DNA of 64,000 bases, from NCBI GenBank assembly GCA_019247695.1, contig JAFBAP010000101.1, positions 26,201 through 90,200 of the forward strand. Reading direction: 5' to 3'. Positions 12,257 through 21,322 of this stretch are shown here, one piece after another. The position numbers and the translations under genes are program-made. Source of the DNA: Verrucomicrobiota bacterium. Its GTDB lineage: Bacteria > Verrucomicrobiota > Verrucomicrobiia > Chthoniobacterales > JAFAMB01. The stretch's first letter is position 1; each line of letters opens with the position of its first letter. The notes beneath the pieces are model-generated. The model was not told the origin of the DNA, did not search any database, and saw only the letters and a program-made list of their open reading frames with translations.

Positions 12257-13377
12257 AGCCCTGACGGAAAAATCTCCTCCGACAAGACATAAAGTACCAA
12301 CTGGCCCACCTTTGCAAGTGAGGCCGGGTCGACCCGGTCCAGGTTATCGTCAGCGGTGTGCAGGTAAGGGGACTCAGTGTCGAGCAGCGCGATGGCTGGA
12401 ATGTTGGCCTGTTGAAACGGCACCTGGTCGCCCAGCACCGGGCGGTTAGCCGCAGCCAATGGGACCGACAGAATCCCGGCTGACCGTTGAAACGTTTCTG
12501 CAAGATCCGGGTCACTGTTCGGAGGGTAATAGAGGCGGAAATCTTTTCCGCCAAGGTTCTCAAGGTCAATCACCGCGCGGATCTCACCTGAACGCTGGTG
12601 GAGTTGCAGCATCTGAACGGCAAACCGGCTCCCGAAAAGGCCGTCGTCCGCCGTGCTTTGGCGGAACGGGTGGTTCCCGTCCAGGAACAACAATTCCACC
12701 TGCGAGGCCACCTGCGGGTACGCGGCGAGTACGCGCGCAATCTCCAGCAAAATAGCCGGACCAGCGGCCCCATCGGTAGCGCCGGACGTCCCCATCAGCT
12801 TGGAGCGTTCCGTGTCGAAATGTGCCACCAGCAAAAAGCGTTTCTTGGCGGGCTGACCGCGTCTGAAACGGGCGCCTAACGACCGGAAATCCACCGGGCT
12901 TCCATCCGGCGTCTGGTCGGTGAAAGCCGCGGTGCTGACCTGCCAGTCCGCCCCGTTCAGCCGGGCGGCAATCTCCGCCCGTTCGCGGTCGAGCGCCGCG
13001 CTGCCCGAAGGCCGCGGCCCGAACGCGACGAACTTGCCGGCATCCGTCAAGGCGAGTTGGCCGTCAAATTCCTTCCAGATCGGTGCGCGCCGGGCAACCG
13101 GTCCCGGGGGGATCGGGATCGACACCGCAGGCGGCGGGGTCAGGGTGACGGACGGCTCGGGCATTGGCGTGGCCGGACGGCGGGCAGGGGTCGGGGCGGT
13201 TGCAAGTACCCCGTCGGGACTCAGGGTTTCCGGGCTCGGTTCGACGCGGGCCTGGTTATCCGGCGCCCTGGCGGCTAAATCCTTGGTTGCCTCCGGAGGC
13301 GGGCTCGGCCGTCTGCAGGCAGTCGAGAGGATAACCAGCGAAAAACAGGTTACAAAAAGCCTTCCGTGGCGGTTCAC
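12253..13377 (-). CDS. M28-family, glutaminyl-cyclase-like lipoprotein
   Basis: VAHFDT...SGATDGAAGPAILLEIARVL, LLFLDGNHPF...LFGSRF and LHTADDNLDRVD align by eye with glutaminyl cyclase / M28 motifs. Lipobox LSTAC. I trimmed the start to the GTG at 13377, which overlaps the parB stop (GTGA). The long 595-aa ORF extension runs through parB. Confidence 0.8.
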   Translation of the reverse strand: MNRHGRLFVTCFSLVILSTACRRPSPPPEATKDLAARAPDNQARVEPSPETLSPDGVLATAPTPARRPATPMPEPSVTLTPPPAVSIPIPPGPVARRAPIWKEFDGQLALTDAGKFVAFGPRPSGSAALDRERAEIAARLNGADWQVSTAAFTDQTPDGSPVDFRSLGARFRRGQPAKKRFLLVAHFDTERSKLMGTSGATDGAAGPAILLEIARVLAAYPQVASQVELLFLDGNHPFRQSTADDGLFGSRFAVQMLQLHQRSGEIRAVIDLENLGGKDFRLYYPPNSDPDLAETFQRSAGILSVPLAAANRPVLGDQVPFQQANIPAIALLDTESPYLHTADDNLDRVDPASLAKVGQLVLYVLSEEIFPSGL

Positions 13378-14276
13378 TCCAACGATACTCCCAACAGCTT
13401 TATGATCCGGTCTAAGTCGTCGTTTCCGTAAAAGTCGATTTCGATCCGGCCCCGCTTGTCGGAATGATGAATGGCGACGTGGGTGGCGAGCCGTTCCCGC
13501 AACTGGTTCTCCAGGTGCTGCACCGCACGGCCGGTACTGGCCGGAGGCAGTTCCACGGCAGGTTTGGGGCCGGATTTCCCGGTCTTGGACAGGCCGCGTT
13601 GAGAGACGTATTGGGCAACAAGTTTTTCGGTCGTTCGAACCGTGGCGCCCTGCCGGATCACCATTTCGGCGACAACCTCCTGCTCCTGCGGATCCGCCAG
13701 TCCCAGCAGCACCTTGGCATGGCCCACGCTCAGCCGGCCCTGGACAAGGTAGCTCTGAACCTGCGGCCCGAGATCGAGCAGACGCAAGGAGTTGGCCACG
13801 ACCGATCGGCTCTTGCCGACCCGGGCGGCGATGTCTTCCTGCCGGAGTTCGAACTCGGCGGCGAGGCGTTTGTAAGCCTGCGCCTCTTCGATCGGGTTCA
13901 GGTCTTCGCGCTGGAGGTTCTCGATGAGCGCCATTTCCAAGGCGTCGCGATCGGACGCTTGGCGGACGAGCACCGGCACCTCCGTGAGCCCGAGCTGGGT
14001 GGCCGCCCGCCAACGTCGTTCGCCCGCGATAAGCTCGCACTTGGAGTCGACCCTCCGGACGATCAGCGGCTGGATGATGCCGTGTTCCCGGATAGACTCG
14101 ACCAGTTCCTGAAGGTGTTCCGGCTCAAAATGCTTGCGCGGTTGCAACGGGCTCGGGACCACCTCCGAAAGCGCCACCTTCTCGACGCGTTCGCCGGGGA
14201 TCTCGACGGGAGACGGGGCTGGTTTCGGGGTGTTGATTAACGCACCCAAGCCCTTCCCGAGGACAACTTTTGCCAT
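13374..14276 (-). CDS. parB: Chromosome partitioning protein ParB/Spo0J
   Basis: KGLGALI N-terminus, LIAGERRWRAA (ParB box / CTP pocket), an HTH QEDIAARVGKSRSVVANSLRLL, and a C-terminal dimerisation segment. ATG at 14276. Confidence 0.9.
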   Translation of the reverse strand: MAKVVLGKGLGALINTPKPAPSPVEIPGERVEKVALSEVVPSPLQPRKHFEPEHLQELVESIREHGIIQPLIVRRVDSKCELIAGERRWRAATQLGLTEVPVLVRQASDRDALEMALIENLQREDLNPIEEAQAYKRLAAEFELRQEDIAARVGKSRSVVANSLRLLDLGPQVQSYLVQGRLSVGHAKVLLGLADPQEQEVVAEMVIRQGATVRTTEKLVAQYVSQRGLSKTGKSGPKPAVELPPASTGRAVQHLENQLRERLATHVAIHHSDKRGRIEIDFYGNDDLDRIIKLLGVSLE

Positions 14277-14458
14277 AAAGGCCACCAGGGTACCGGACCT
14301 CCGAATCGAACGCAAGACGCAGACGCAGGATAACGGGCGCTCCGCCTCTGGCCATCCGGTGAAGTTAGGTGATTTCCGGAGGATCGGTTATGGTTTTGAT
14401 AGGTGGCGGCGGCGACGTTGATTAACCTGGGCTTCTCACCCGTCCTTTAACCTGGAGC

Positions 14459-15142
14459 GTGATGCTTTTGGAACGACTTTACTGCATCGATGACCCGGAG
14501 CCCCGGCCGGCCGCGCTGAACATGGCGGTGGACGAAACGTTACTGTTGAGCGGTCCGCAGCCGGCAGGCGGTGCCGTCCTGCCCGTGCTGCGCCGCTACC
14601 ACTGGCAACGTCAAAGCATCTCACTCGGGTATTTCAGCCGGCACGATGGCGTGGCGGCCCGGTATCCCGGATGGGATATGGTGCGCCGTTGGACCGGCGG
14701 CGGGCTGGTCGAGCACGCCGGCGACTTCACTTACTCGCTGATCTTACCGGCGGACATAAGCAGCTCACTGCCGAATGACGTGATCTACCGGGCCGTTCAC
14801 GCCGCCATTGCCGGCGGGCTGCGGCGGTCCGGCGTTTCCGTCGACCAGGCGTCCGAACCCGATCCCGTCGCCTCGGACGCATGTTTTGCGCGCGCGGTCG
14901 TCGCTGACCTTCGATCGCACGGCCGCAAAGTCGCCGGGGCAGCCATACGACGGCACCGGCGCGGTCTCCTTCTGCAGGGCAGCGTGCAAGGGGTCACAAC
15001 GCCGCCGGGGCTGCTGGAAGCATTCGCCGGCGGCTTGGCCGGTGAGGTCCGGTGGGAGCAAATCTCCTTGCCGATCTTACAAGCGGCTGCCCAGGTGGCA
15101 GCCGCAAAATATTCCCTCCGAACCTGGACGGAACGGTTTTGA
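14459..15142 (+). CDS. Lipoate/octanoate-protein ligase family protein (BPL_LplA_LipB domain)
   Basis: LNMAVDETLLL, RRYHWQ..SISLGYF, RRWTGGGLVEH..DFTYS and GRKVAGAA...LLQGS match the LplA/LipM catalytic domain pattern. Confidence 0.7.
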   Translation: MMLLERLYCIDDPEPRPAALNMAVDETLLLSGPQPAGGAVLPVLRRYHWQRQSISLGYFSRHDGVAARYPGWDMVRRWTGGGLVEHAGDFTYSLILPADISSSLPNDVIYRAVHAAIAGGLRRSGVSVDQASEPDPVASDACFARAVVADLRSHGRKVAGAAIRRHRRGLLLQGSVQGVTTPPGLLEAFAGGLAGEVRWEQISLPILQAAAQVAAAKYSLRTWTERF

Positions 15143-15252
15143 AGAGTGACGGAAATTTTTGAGATTGCATCCACGGTAAAGTCGGCCACGATCGGCTGAC
15201 GCCGCATGCGCCGGGCCAGGGGTGCTCCCGGTGCCGCGAGCATTTCAGCGCA

Positions 15253-16341
15253 ATGAACGAAGTTTTTCTGCAGAACCGGGTTTTCGCGGGCGTTCCAGAC
15301 AGTTGGTTGCGCTCGGTCCAGATCGTGGAAAAACAATACCCGCCCGGCGCCGTGATTGTGGAGGAAGGTGCCCCCGGAAGCACGTTGCTTCTGATCGGCA
15401 GCGGCCGGGTACAGATTTCCGGGCTTCTACGGCAAGGCCAGCCGGAAGTCTTTTCCGTACTCGAGGCCGGTGATTTCTTTGGCGAGTTGTCCGTGATCGA
15501 TCGCGGCCCTCGCTCCGCTACCGCCACTGCCTTGGAGCCGACCCTGATCGGGGAAATCGACCGGGAGACGCTGGATCTGCTGATGGAAAAGGCGCCCCGG
15601 GTTTTGCCCTTGACCTTTACCAAAGTGGTGGTGGAACGGTTGCGCTCGACCAACGCCCGCTACCTTGAGGAGGTCCTGCGCAACGAACGGTTGACCCTGC
15701 TGGGTACCATGATCAGTTCCGTCATCCACGACTTCAAAAACCCGATGGCGGCCATCGTGTCGTGCGTTGACTATCTGGAACGCGACAGTAACGATCACCG
15801 CACAAAGACGCTGACCGGAATCGCCCGGTCTTCCATTCAGCGGATGGTGCAAATGACCGAGGAACTCCTCGACTTTGCCCGTGGTAAGACAACCTTGCGC
15901 CTGGGCCAGACGTCGGCTGCCCAGATTCTCAGCGAACTGGAAGAGACCATCCTCGGCCAGATCCGCGCATCGAAGGTGCAGGTCACGGTGGACCAGGAGT
16001 CGCGTGCGTCGCTGTGGATGGACCAGGCGCGCATCAGCCGGTGCCTGGGTAACCTGCTCAAAAACGCCTTTGAAGCCGTGCGCAGGGACGGCGAAATCCA
16101 TTTGCGCTTCTGGGATGATGACGAGTCCTTGCAGATTTCCCTCCATGACAACGGGCCGGGCATCCCCTCCGAAGTGCGCGACCGGGTTTTCGAGCCGTTT
16201 GTAACGTTCCGCAAACCGGGCGGTACGGGGCTTGGCCTGGCCATCGCGAAATCGGTCGTCGAAGCGCACCACGGCCGGATCTGGATAGACCAGGACCCGG
16301 GAACGACTTTCCGGATCAGCCTGCCCCGGCGGGTCGGGTGA
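15253..16341 (+). CDS. Sensor histidine kinase with an N-terminal cyclic-nucleotide-binding domain
   Basis: cNMP-binding fold (GDFFGELSVIDRGPRSATA), then an H-box (SVIHDFKNPM) and an HATPase domain (N-box LKNAFEA, DNGPGIP, GGTGLGLAI). Confidence 0.85.
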   Translation: MNEVFLQNRVFAGVPDSWLRSVQIVEKQYPPGAVIVEEGAPGSTLLLIGSGRVQISGLLRQGQPEVFSVLEAGDFFGELSVIDRGPRSATATALEPTLIGEIDRETLDLLMEKAPRVLPLTFTKVVVERLRSTNARYLEEVLRNERLTLLGTMISSVIHDFKNPMAAIVSCVDYLERDSNDHRTKTLTGIARSSIQRMVQMTEELLDFARGKTTLRLGQTSAAQILSELEETILGQIRASKVQVTVDQESRASLWMDQARISRCLGNLLKNAFEAVRRDGEIHLRFWDDDESLQISLHDNGPGIPSEVRDRVFEPFVTFRKPGGTGLGLAIAKSVVEAHHGRIWIDQDPGTTFRISLPRRVG

Positions 16342-16356
16342 AATGTCACGGCAGAA

Positions 16357-16709
16357 AATGCCACAAATGGAAGAGGGTGGCGGGTAACGGGTAACGGGTA
16401 ACGAGTAGCGGGTAACGGGTGCCGGGGCAAGCGACGCTCAACGCGGTGACGGGTGATACCGTTTCGACGGCCATGGAGGAGCATCCTCCGGCGCCGGCAC
16501 CCCCTGAACCGCCATTCTACCGTGATAACTGTCTCAATGGTATAACCGGCAACTGGCAACTGACAACTCGTACCTGGTGATGGGCAAAGGGGCTGAGCAC
16601 GACGTCAGGCCTCCTCGCGAGAACTAACGCCGCGCCGAGCGGATTTTTCCTCCGGCACGAGTTACCCGCCACCCGTTACTCGCCACCCGTTACCCGTTAC
16701 CCGTTACGC
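16357..16709. repeat. Foldback repeat E1: 19-mer, a G-rich heptamer arm, a unique core, then a C-rich heptamer arm
   Basis: AATGCCACAAATGGAAGAG at 16357-16375. Six CGGGTAA-type units at 16381-16422. (GGCAACT)x3 at 16548-16568. Seven GTTACCC-type units at 16661-16709, inverted relative to the first arm. Confidence 0.85.
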
Positions 16710-17496
16710 CGAGTGTACTCGGCGCGGGCAGGCTCCAGATCTTCCAGTACCGGAGGTATTCCGGTTGAGGAAGGCAGACGTACCGGGGATACTGGTCAGG
16801 CCGCAACCATCGGATCAGGGTTACCAGGTCGTGTTCCGCCATCGTTGTGCAACCGGCTGACGGCCGGTCCGGTCCGCGCCGGATGTGAAAGAAAATGGCG
16901 CTGCCGAACCCGGGAACGGGCGGGTCGGCGTTGTGGCGGATCTCAATCAGCCACCGGTAAGCGAAATCTCCCTGGCGCATCCGGTTCCTGGCGAACCAGG
17001 GTGGGGCACGATTCGGGTCAACGACCACCACGTGACGGTTGTAATTCGGATCGTTGACGTCGTCGACCCACGCATCAGCAGGGCCTACGGTATGGTACGA
17101 GTAAGTGGCGCCTGAAGGCAGGGTTTCGTCGTACGTGTAAATTGTGCCCAGGCGGAAGACCCCGGCAGGGGCCCGGCCGTCACGCTCCACCTTGAGGGGA
17201 CCGTCGTGTCCCTCAATCTCGCCCCGCCCCCAGGCCAGCCCGTGCTTGCCGAATAGAACCGGCACCGGCGGTCCGGCCGGTTCCCAGCCGGCGCCCCGGT
17301 GGTCGAGGCGCCAGAGCCTTCCATGCATGCTCCCCCAGCTCGGAGCAAGGCCGACGATCAGCTGCCCGGTCTCCGAGTCGAGGCGATCGGCGCCCATTGC
17401 TGCCGGAAAAACTGCCGCAGATGCCACAAGCAGAAAAATGCCGCGAATGACGCACTCCAATTTGCGCCATTCGTGGCGCTCTCCGGCTTGAGGCAT
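16690..17496 (-). CDS. YkuD-like L,D-transpeptidase fold protein, secreted
   Basis: Signal peptide (IFLLVASAAVFPAAMGA). GSAIFFHI...PSAGCTTM gives the His/Cys pair of YkuD-type domains. The last 6 codons and the stop are encoded by the heptamer array. Confidence 0.7.
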   Translation of the reverse strand: MPQAGERHEWRKLECVIRGIFLLVASAAVFPAAMGADRLDSETGQLIVGLAPSWGSMHGRLWRLDHRGAGWEPAGPPVPVLFGKHGLAWGRGEIEGHDGPLKVERDGRAPAGVFRLGTIYTYDETLPSGATYSYHTVGPADAWVDDVNDPNYNRHVVVVDPNRAPPWFARNRMRQGDFAYRWLIEIRHNADPPVPGFGSAIFFHIRRGPDRPSAGCTTMAEHDLVTLIRWLRPDQYPRYVCLPQPEYLRYWKIWSLPAPSTLGVTGNG

Positions 17497-17608
17497 CGGG
17501 TCAATGCTCTAATGGGGGAATAATGTAAACGAAAGGATGGTGCGATTGACCTGTTTTCCTATCTCTCCCGATCCGTGTGGTTTTCAGGAAGGGTCTTGCA
17601 ACCGGGGG

Positions 17609-17647
17609 CTCTTCCATTTGTGGCATTCTTCCGCTTGTGGCATTTCC
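17609..17647. repeat. Inverted copy of the 19-mer plus a partial tandem copy
   Basis: CTCTTCCATTTGTGGCATT (17609-17627) is the reverse complement of the 19-mer at 16357. It is followed by CTTCCGCTTGTGGCATTTCC. Confidence 0.8.
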
Positions 17648-20600
17648 TACTGCAGGCGCAGTTGCCGGTGCAGGCTGGCCAGCAGGAGCACGAGAAACAG
17701 AATCGTAAAGCCGTTGATCACCACGGAGTTGAAGCAGAAAATATTGAACACGTATCCGAGAAGGTGTTTCTCAGGCCCGAAGAAGACGTTTCGGGGCCGG
17801 GTGGTGTAATCGCGCTGCTTCATCTGCGCATCGGTCAGCATGTCCGCAACCTTACGATTCTGGAAGAGTTGTTCGGCCGTGACCTGGTTATGCTGGCGGT
17901 CGAACCTCGCTTCATCCAGGGGTGCCCCTTTGATGATCGCGTCGATGTCATCGAGGCGCCGGTACACCTCGGCCGTGTTCTGGCCGCCCAGACCCGACAG
18001 GATCGCCAGCGTTTCCTTCAGGTCCTCCAGGTGATCCTCCTGCTTGGGATCCAGGCGCGGCTGGCGGGCAAGTTCTTCGATTTTCGCCGTCAACACGTCC
18101 TGCCGGCGCGTGAACGGGTTGAGTTTGGCTTGCGCATCCACCATCGCTTCGTACGACCACCGCATCGGGATCAACTGGCAGATGAAGGGCACCTGAACGT
18201 TTTGCGGCTTGCCCAGCACGCCCCCCTGCTGCACGCGTGCCGCCCGATCCCGGTTCAGAAAGTAAAGGAAATCCAGGTTCCGGTTCATTTCCTCGTACTT
18301 GATGAGGGCGCCGCCGAGGATGATCTGCGGGATCAGCACCAGGGGGACGATGTTGGCCGCCGTCTTCGAGTCATTTACCAGCGAAGAGATCAGCAGCCCG
18401 CCGGCAACCCCGCTCACGGCCGTGATTCCCATGAACCAGACGTACGGCCAGAACATCCCCCGGATTTCCAGGATGGTGTTGCCGATAAAGATAAACAGGA
18501 CGCTCTGGATGATGGCGAACAGCGAAAGCGAAAAGAACTTCGACAGAATGTAATACGGCAGGTGAATGTTGAGGTTTCGTTCCCGCGCCAGGATGGTCCG
18601 GTCCCGGATGATATCATCGGCGCTGTTGGTCAGCCCCAGGAACATTGCCACCACCAGCGCCAGGAAGAGGTAGGTCGGGATGTGAAACGCGGAGGCGAAA
18701 TCGTAATCGCTGGACTCGGCATAACGAAGCACGAAACCGATCAGGGCCGCCAGCACGGGGGCTTCCACGATCGTCGTCCAGACGTTGGTTCGGTTGCGTA
18801 ACTTGCTGACGAACGCCCGCCTGAAAATGGTGGTAAACCGGACCCATTCGTCGCGCCATCGGGTCGGTTCCTTCTTCGCCGACGGCGGGGGAAGCAGCGT
18901 GGGCGGCTGCTGTCGCACGGCCACCTGGCGCATTTCCTGGATCAGACGGAACGATTCGTATTTGTCGCGCCAGTAATCCGGTGAATACCGCCGGGCGGGC
19001 ACCAGTTGGCCGCGGCTGTTTTCCTCGTAGATGACGTCGCCGCTGAGGTCGCGCAACGGCGTCTCAAGCACGTCAAAGATGAATTCCGGCCGGGTCGTGC
19101 CGCAGGCGGGGCAGCCGCCCAGTTCGGTGCCGAAATGCTGTTGGTGCTCGGCCGTCGCAAAGTACTCCAGCATTTCCTGCGGCGTACCGAAAAAGACCAG
19201 CCGGCCCCCTTTGTCGAGCAAGGCGGCCTTGCTGAACATATGAAAGATCTTGGACGTCGGCGTGTGGATCGTGACGAGAACAATCTTGTTGTGGGACAGC
19301 CCGCGGATGATCTCAACGACGTGTTCCGAATCCTTCGACGACAATCCCGAGGTCGGCTCGTCAAAGAGGTACACGTCGGCCGAACTGATCATGTCCAGGC
19401 CGATGTTGAGGCGTTTGCGTTCTCCGCCGCTGAGGTACTTATTGACCGAACTGCCGACCATCGCGTCCCGGCGCTCGGAAAGCCCCAGCTCAATCAACTT
19501 ACCTTCGATGCGCCGCATCCGGTCCTTCGCCGACAGGTGAGGAGAACGGATCGCCGCCGCATAGTTCAGGTTTTCCAGGATGGTGAGGTGCTCATCAAAC
19601 GCATCATCCTGGGGCACGTAGGCGATGTACTCCCGCAGGGTTTCCAGTTTGTCGTAGAGCGACTGCCCATTCAGCAGGACGGAGCCGCCCGTCGGCGTGT
19701 TCTGGCCGCAGATTGCCTTGAGCAGGCTGCTTTTGCCGGAGCCGCTGGCCCCCATGACGCAGACCATCTCACCCCGGTTCACCGAGAGGGAAATGCCGTC
19801 CAGCCCGATCGTGCCGGTACTGAATCGCAGCGACAAGTCGCGCACCTCGAGGTGGCTGATGATGTTCCGTTCTTCCTGGATGATGCGTTCCGCAAAGTCG
19901 CACTTCAGGATCTGCCCGGTGTCGATCCGGATCACTTCGCCGTCGCGCAGCGTCGCGGTATTACGCACCACGGTCTCGCCGACCATGATCGGGCGGTCGG
20001 CCGCAAGGACCTCCAGGATGCCCGTTTTCTCCTCATAATCGCACGAGATTTTCAGGAGCACATCGCCGCTGGTACCCGGACTGAGCAGGATGTCGTCTTC
20101 TTCGAGCAGCGCCGGGTCGTTCGAAACCAGGTATTGCGATTTGGAGGTTTTCAGCTGGAACCGGCCGCCCAGGGCCCGGGCCCGGCGCCTCAGGTCGAGC
20201 AGGATCAATTCGGCCGAATTATCGAAGATGATGCGATCCTCAAGGCTGCCTTCGACGACGGTGCCGGCCCGCAGCGTCACCCCATTAAACGACGCTTCCA
20301 CGTTTTTCAATGCGGTGACCTTGACCTTGAGCCCGAACTGGACCTCCAGGCAGCTGTCCCGGGTGCGCGAACGTTCCAATTGCACCTCGTCATTCGGCGT
20401 GACCGTGACGTAGATGTGCGGCAGGGAAACATTCTTCTTGGCGTTGAAATACAGGACCAGGTCCTGGTGGCTGATCACCTGTTCGCCGATGATGATCCGT
20501 TGCCCGGGGTAGATCCGGCAGAATTCGCCCGGAGCAAGCGCCTGCCCGCGGACCATCAGCGGCCGGGTGCAAAGGTTTTTGCAGAGAATGAGTTCATGAT

Positions 20601-21255
20601 AGCGGTAAGCCATCAGCCGTTCGTCCGGCCCGAGCTCCTTTACCTGCACCTCGGCCGTCGGCACGGAGCCGAACACGAGAGATTCCAGCGGCGACGTCCC
20701 GCGCTGGTAAACCGATGTGTCGGCGGTGTCGGCCGCGTTGAGCTGGTAAACGATGTCGATCGCCTGCGCCGCCATACCGAGCTGGGACATGAACGAGTAG
20801 TAGGCGATCACCTGTTCCTGCTGCATGCCGGCCTTGGCGATCAGGTCGTAGAGCTGCACGCCCAGCATGATCTTACGATCCAGGCTGAGCTCTCCCGCCA
20901 GGCGTCGCGCCATCGCGGCCAGGTCTTGCGGTTCGTTCAACGCTTTCTGAAACAGCGCGCGCAGCTCCGAATAAACTGCCTCCGGGTAGTCATAACGCAA
21001 AAACCCCAGGGAAGAATCGATCTCTTCCTCCAGAATGCGACCGTCCACCTTGGAGAACCCGGCGAGTACCTGGATCAATAACGGCAAAAGGTTACGGTTT
21101 TCCGGCTTGTTCCGGGGACGCCCCAGCATCCGGCGGACCGTCGTCTGAGCCAGCGCGCGCGCTTGTCGAACTATCGTGCTTTTTCCGTCGCCTGATAAAT
21201 CCAGGGTTTGAGCCATGGCGGATTCGAGAGTAACTTCGTAAGCTTGGAGAAGCAA
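17647..21255 (-). CDS. ABCG-type ATPase-permease fusion with N-terminal TerB-like and FHA-like modules
   Basis: Walker A GASGSGKSSLL, signature LSGGERKRL and Walker B YLFDEPTSGLS are followed by an ABC-2 type six-helix permease. The N-terminal ~170 aa are TerB-like, followed by three degenerate FHA-like segments. The start could be the ATG at 21216. Confidence 0.85.
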   Translation of the reverse strand: MLLQAYEVTLESAMAQTLDLSGDGKSTIVRQARALAQTTVRRMLGRPRNKPENRNLLPLLIQVLAGFSKVDGRILEEEIDSSLGFLRYDYPEAVYSELRALFQKALNEPQDLAAMARRLAGELSLDRKIMLGVQLYDLIAKAGMQQEQVIAYYSFMSQLGMAAQAIDIVYQLNAADTADTSVYQRGTSPLESLVFGSVPTAEVQVKELGPDERLMAYRYHELILCKNLCTRPLMVRGQALAPGEFCRIYPGQRIIIGEQVISHQDLVLYFNAKKNVSLPHIYVTVTPNDEVQLERSRTRDSCLEVQFGLKVKVTALKNVEASFNGVTLRAGTVVEGSLEDRIIFDNSAELILLDLRRRARALGGRFQLKTSKSQYLVSNDPALLEEDDILLSPGTSGDVLLKISCDYEEKTGILEVLAADRPIMVGETVVRNTATLRDGEVIRIDTGQILKCDFAERIIQEERNIISHLEVRDLSLRFSTGTIGLDGISLSVNRGEMVCVMGASGSGKSSLLKAICGQNTPTGGSVLLNGQSLYDKLETLREYIAYVPQDDAFDEHLTILENLNYAAAIRSPHLSAKDRMRRIEGKLIELGLSERRDAMVGSSVNKYLSGGERKRLNIGLDMISSADVYLFDEPTSGLSSKDSEHVVEIIRGLSHNKIVLVTIHTPTSKIFHMFSKAALLDKGGRLVFFGTPQEMLEYFATAEHQQHFGTELGGCPACGTTRPEFIFDVLETPLRDLSGDVIYEENSRGQLVPARRYSPDYWRDKYESFRLIQEMRQVAVRQQPPTLLPPPSAKKEPTRWRDEWVRFTTIFRRAFVSKLRNRTNVWTTIVEAPVLAALIGFVLRYAESSDYDFASAFHIPTYLFLALVVAMFLGLTNSADDIIRDRTILARERNLNIHLPYYILSKFFSLSLFAIIQSVLFIFIGNTILEIRGMFWPYVWFMGITAVSGVAGGLLISSLVNDSKTAANIVPLVLIPQIILGGALIKYEEMNRNLDFLYFLNRDRAARVQQGGVLGKPQNVQVPFICQLIPMRWSYEAMVDAQAKLNPFTRRQDVLTAKIEELARQPRLDPKQEDHLEDLKETLAILSGLGGQNTAEVYRRLDDIDAIIKGAPLDEARFDRQHNQVTAEQLFQNRKVADMLTDAQMKQRDYTTRPRNVFFGPEKHLLGYVFNIFCFNSVVINGFTILFLVLLLASLHRQLRLQ

Positions 21256-21322
21256 CCGCCTCGAGGATTTCTTGCTGGTCGCGTTCGGTTCTCCTACACT
21301 ACCCCCAATAGAGTGGCAGCAT

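Noticed and set aside
13378-14040. N-terminal 221 codons of the 595-aa ORF 12253..14040
   Set aside because: This extension runs through parB in another frame and is Arg/Pro/Gly junk. A GTG at 13377 gives a lipoprotein signal and a GTGA overlap with the parB stop.
17617-17640. Sigma-54 promoter in TGGCATTCTTCCGCTTG
   Set aside because: The GG-to-GC spacing is 11 rather than the 12 implied by TGGCAC-N5-TTGC. The sequence is better explained as two tandem copies of the 19-mer repeat.
17575-21081. Long plus-strand ORFs (17575..18801, 19006..21081) opposite the ABC transporter
   Set aside because: No motifs, and an antisense-type composition. The minus-strand frame carries complete Walker A, signature and Walker B motifs and permease helices.
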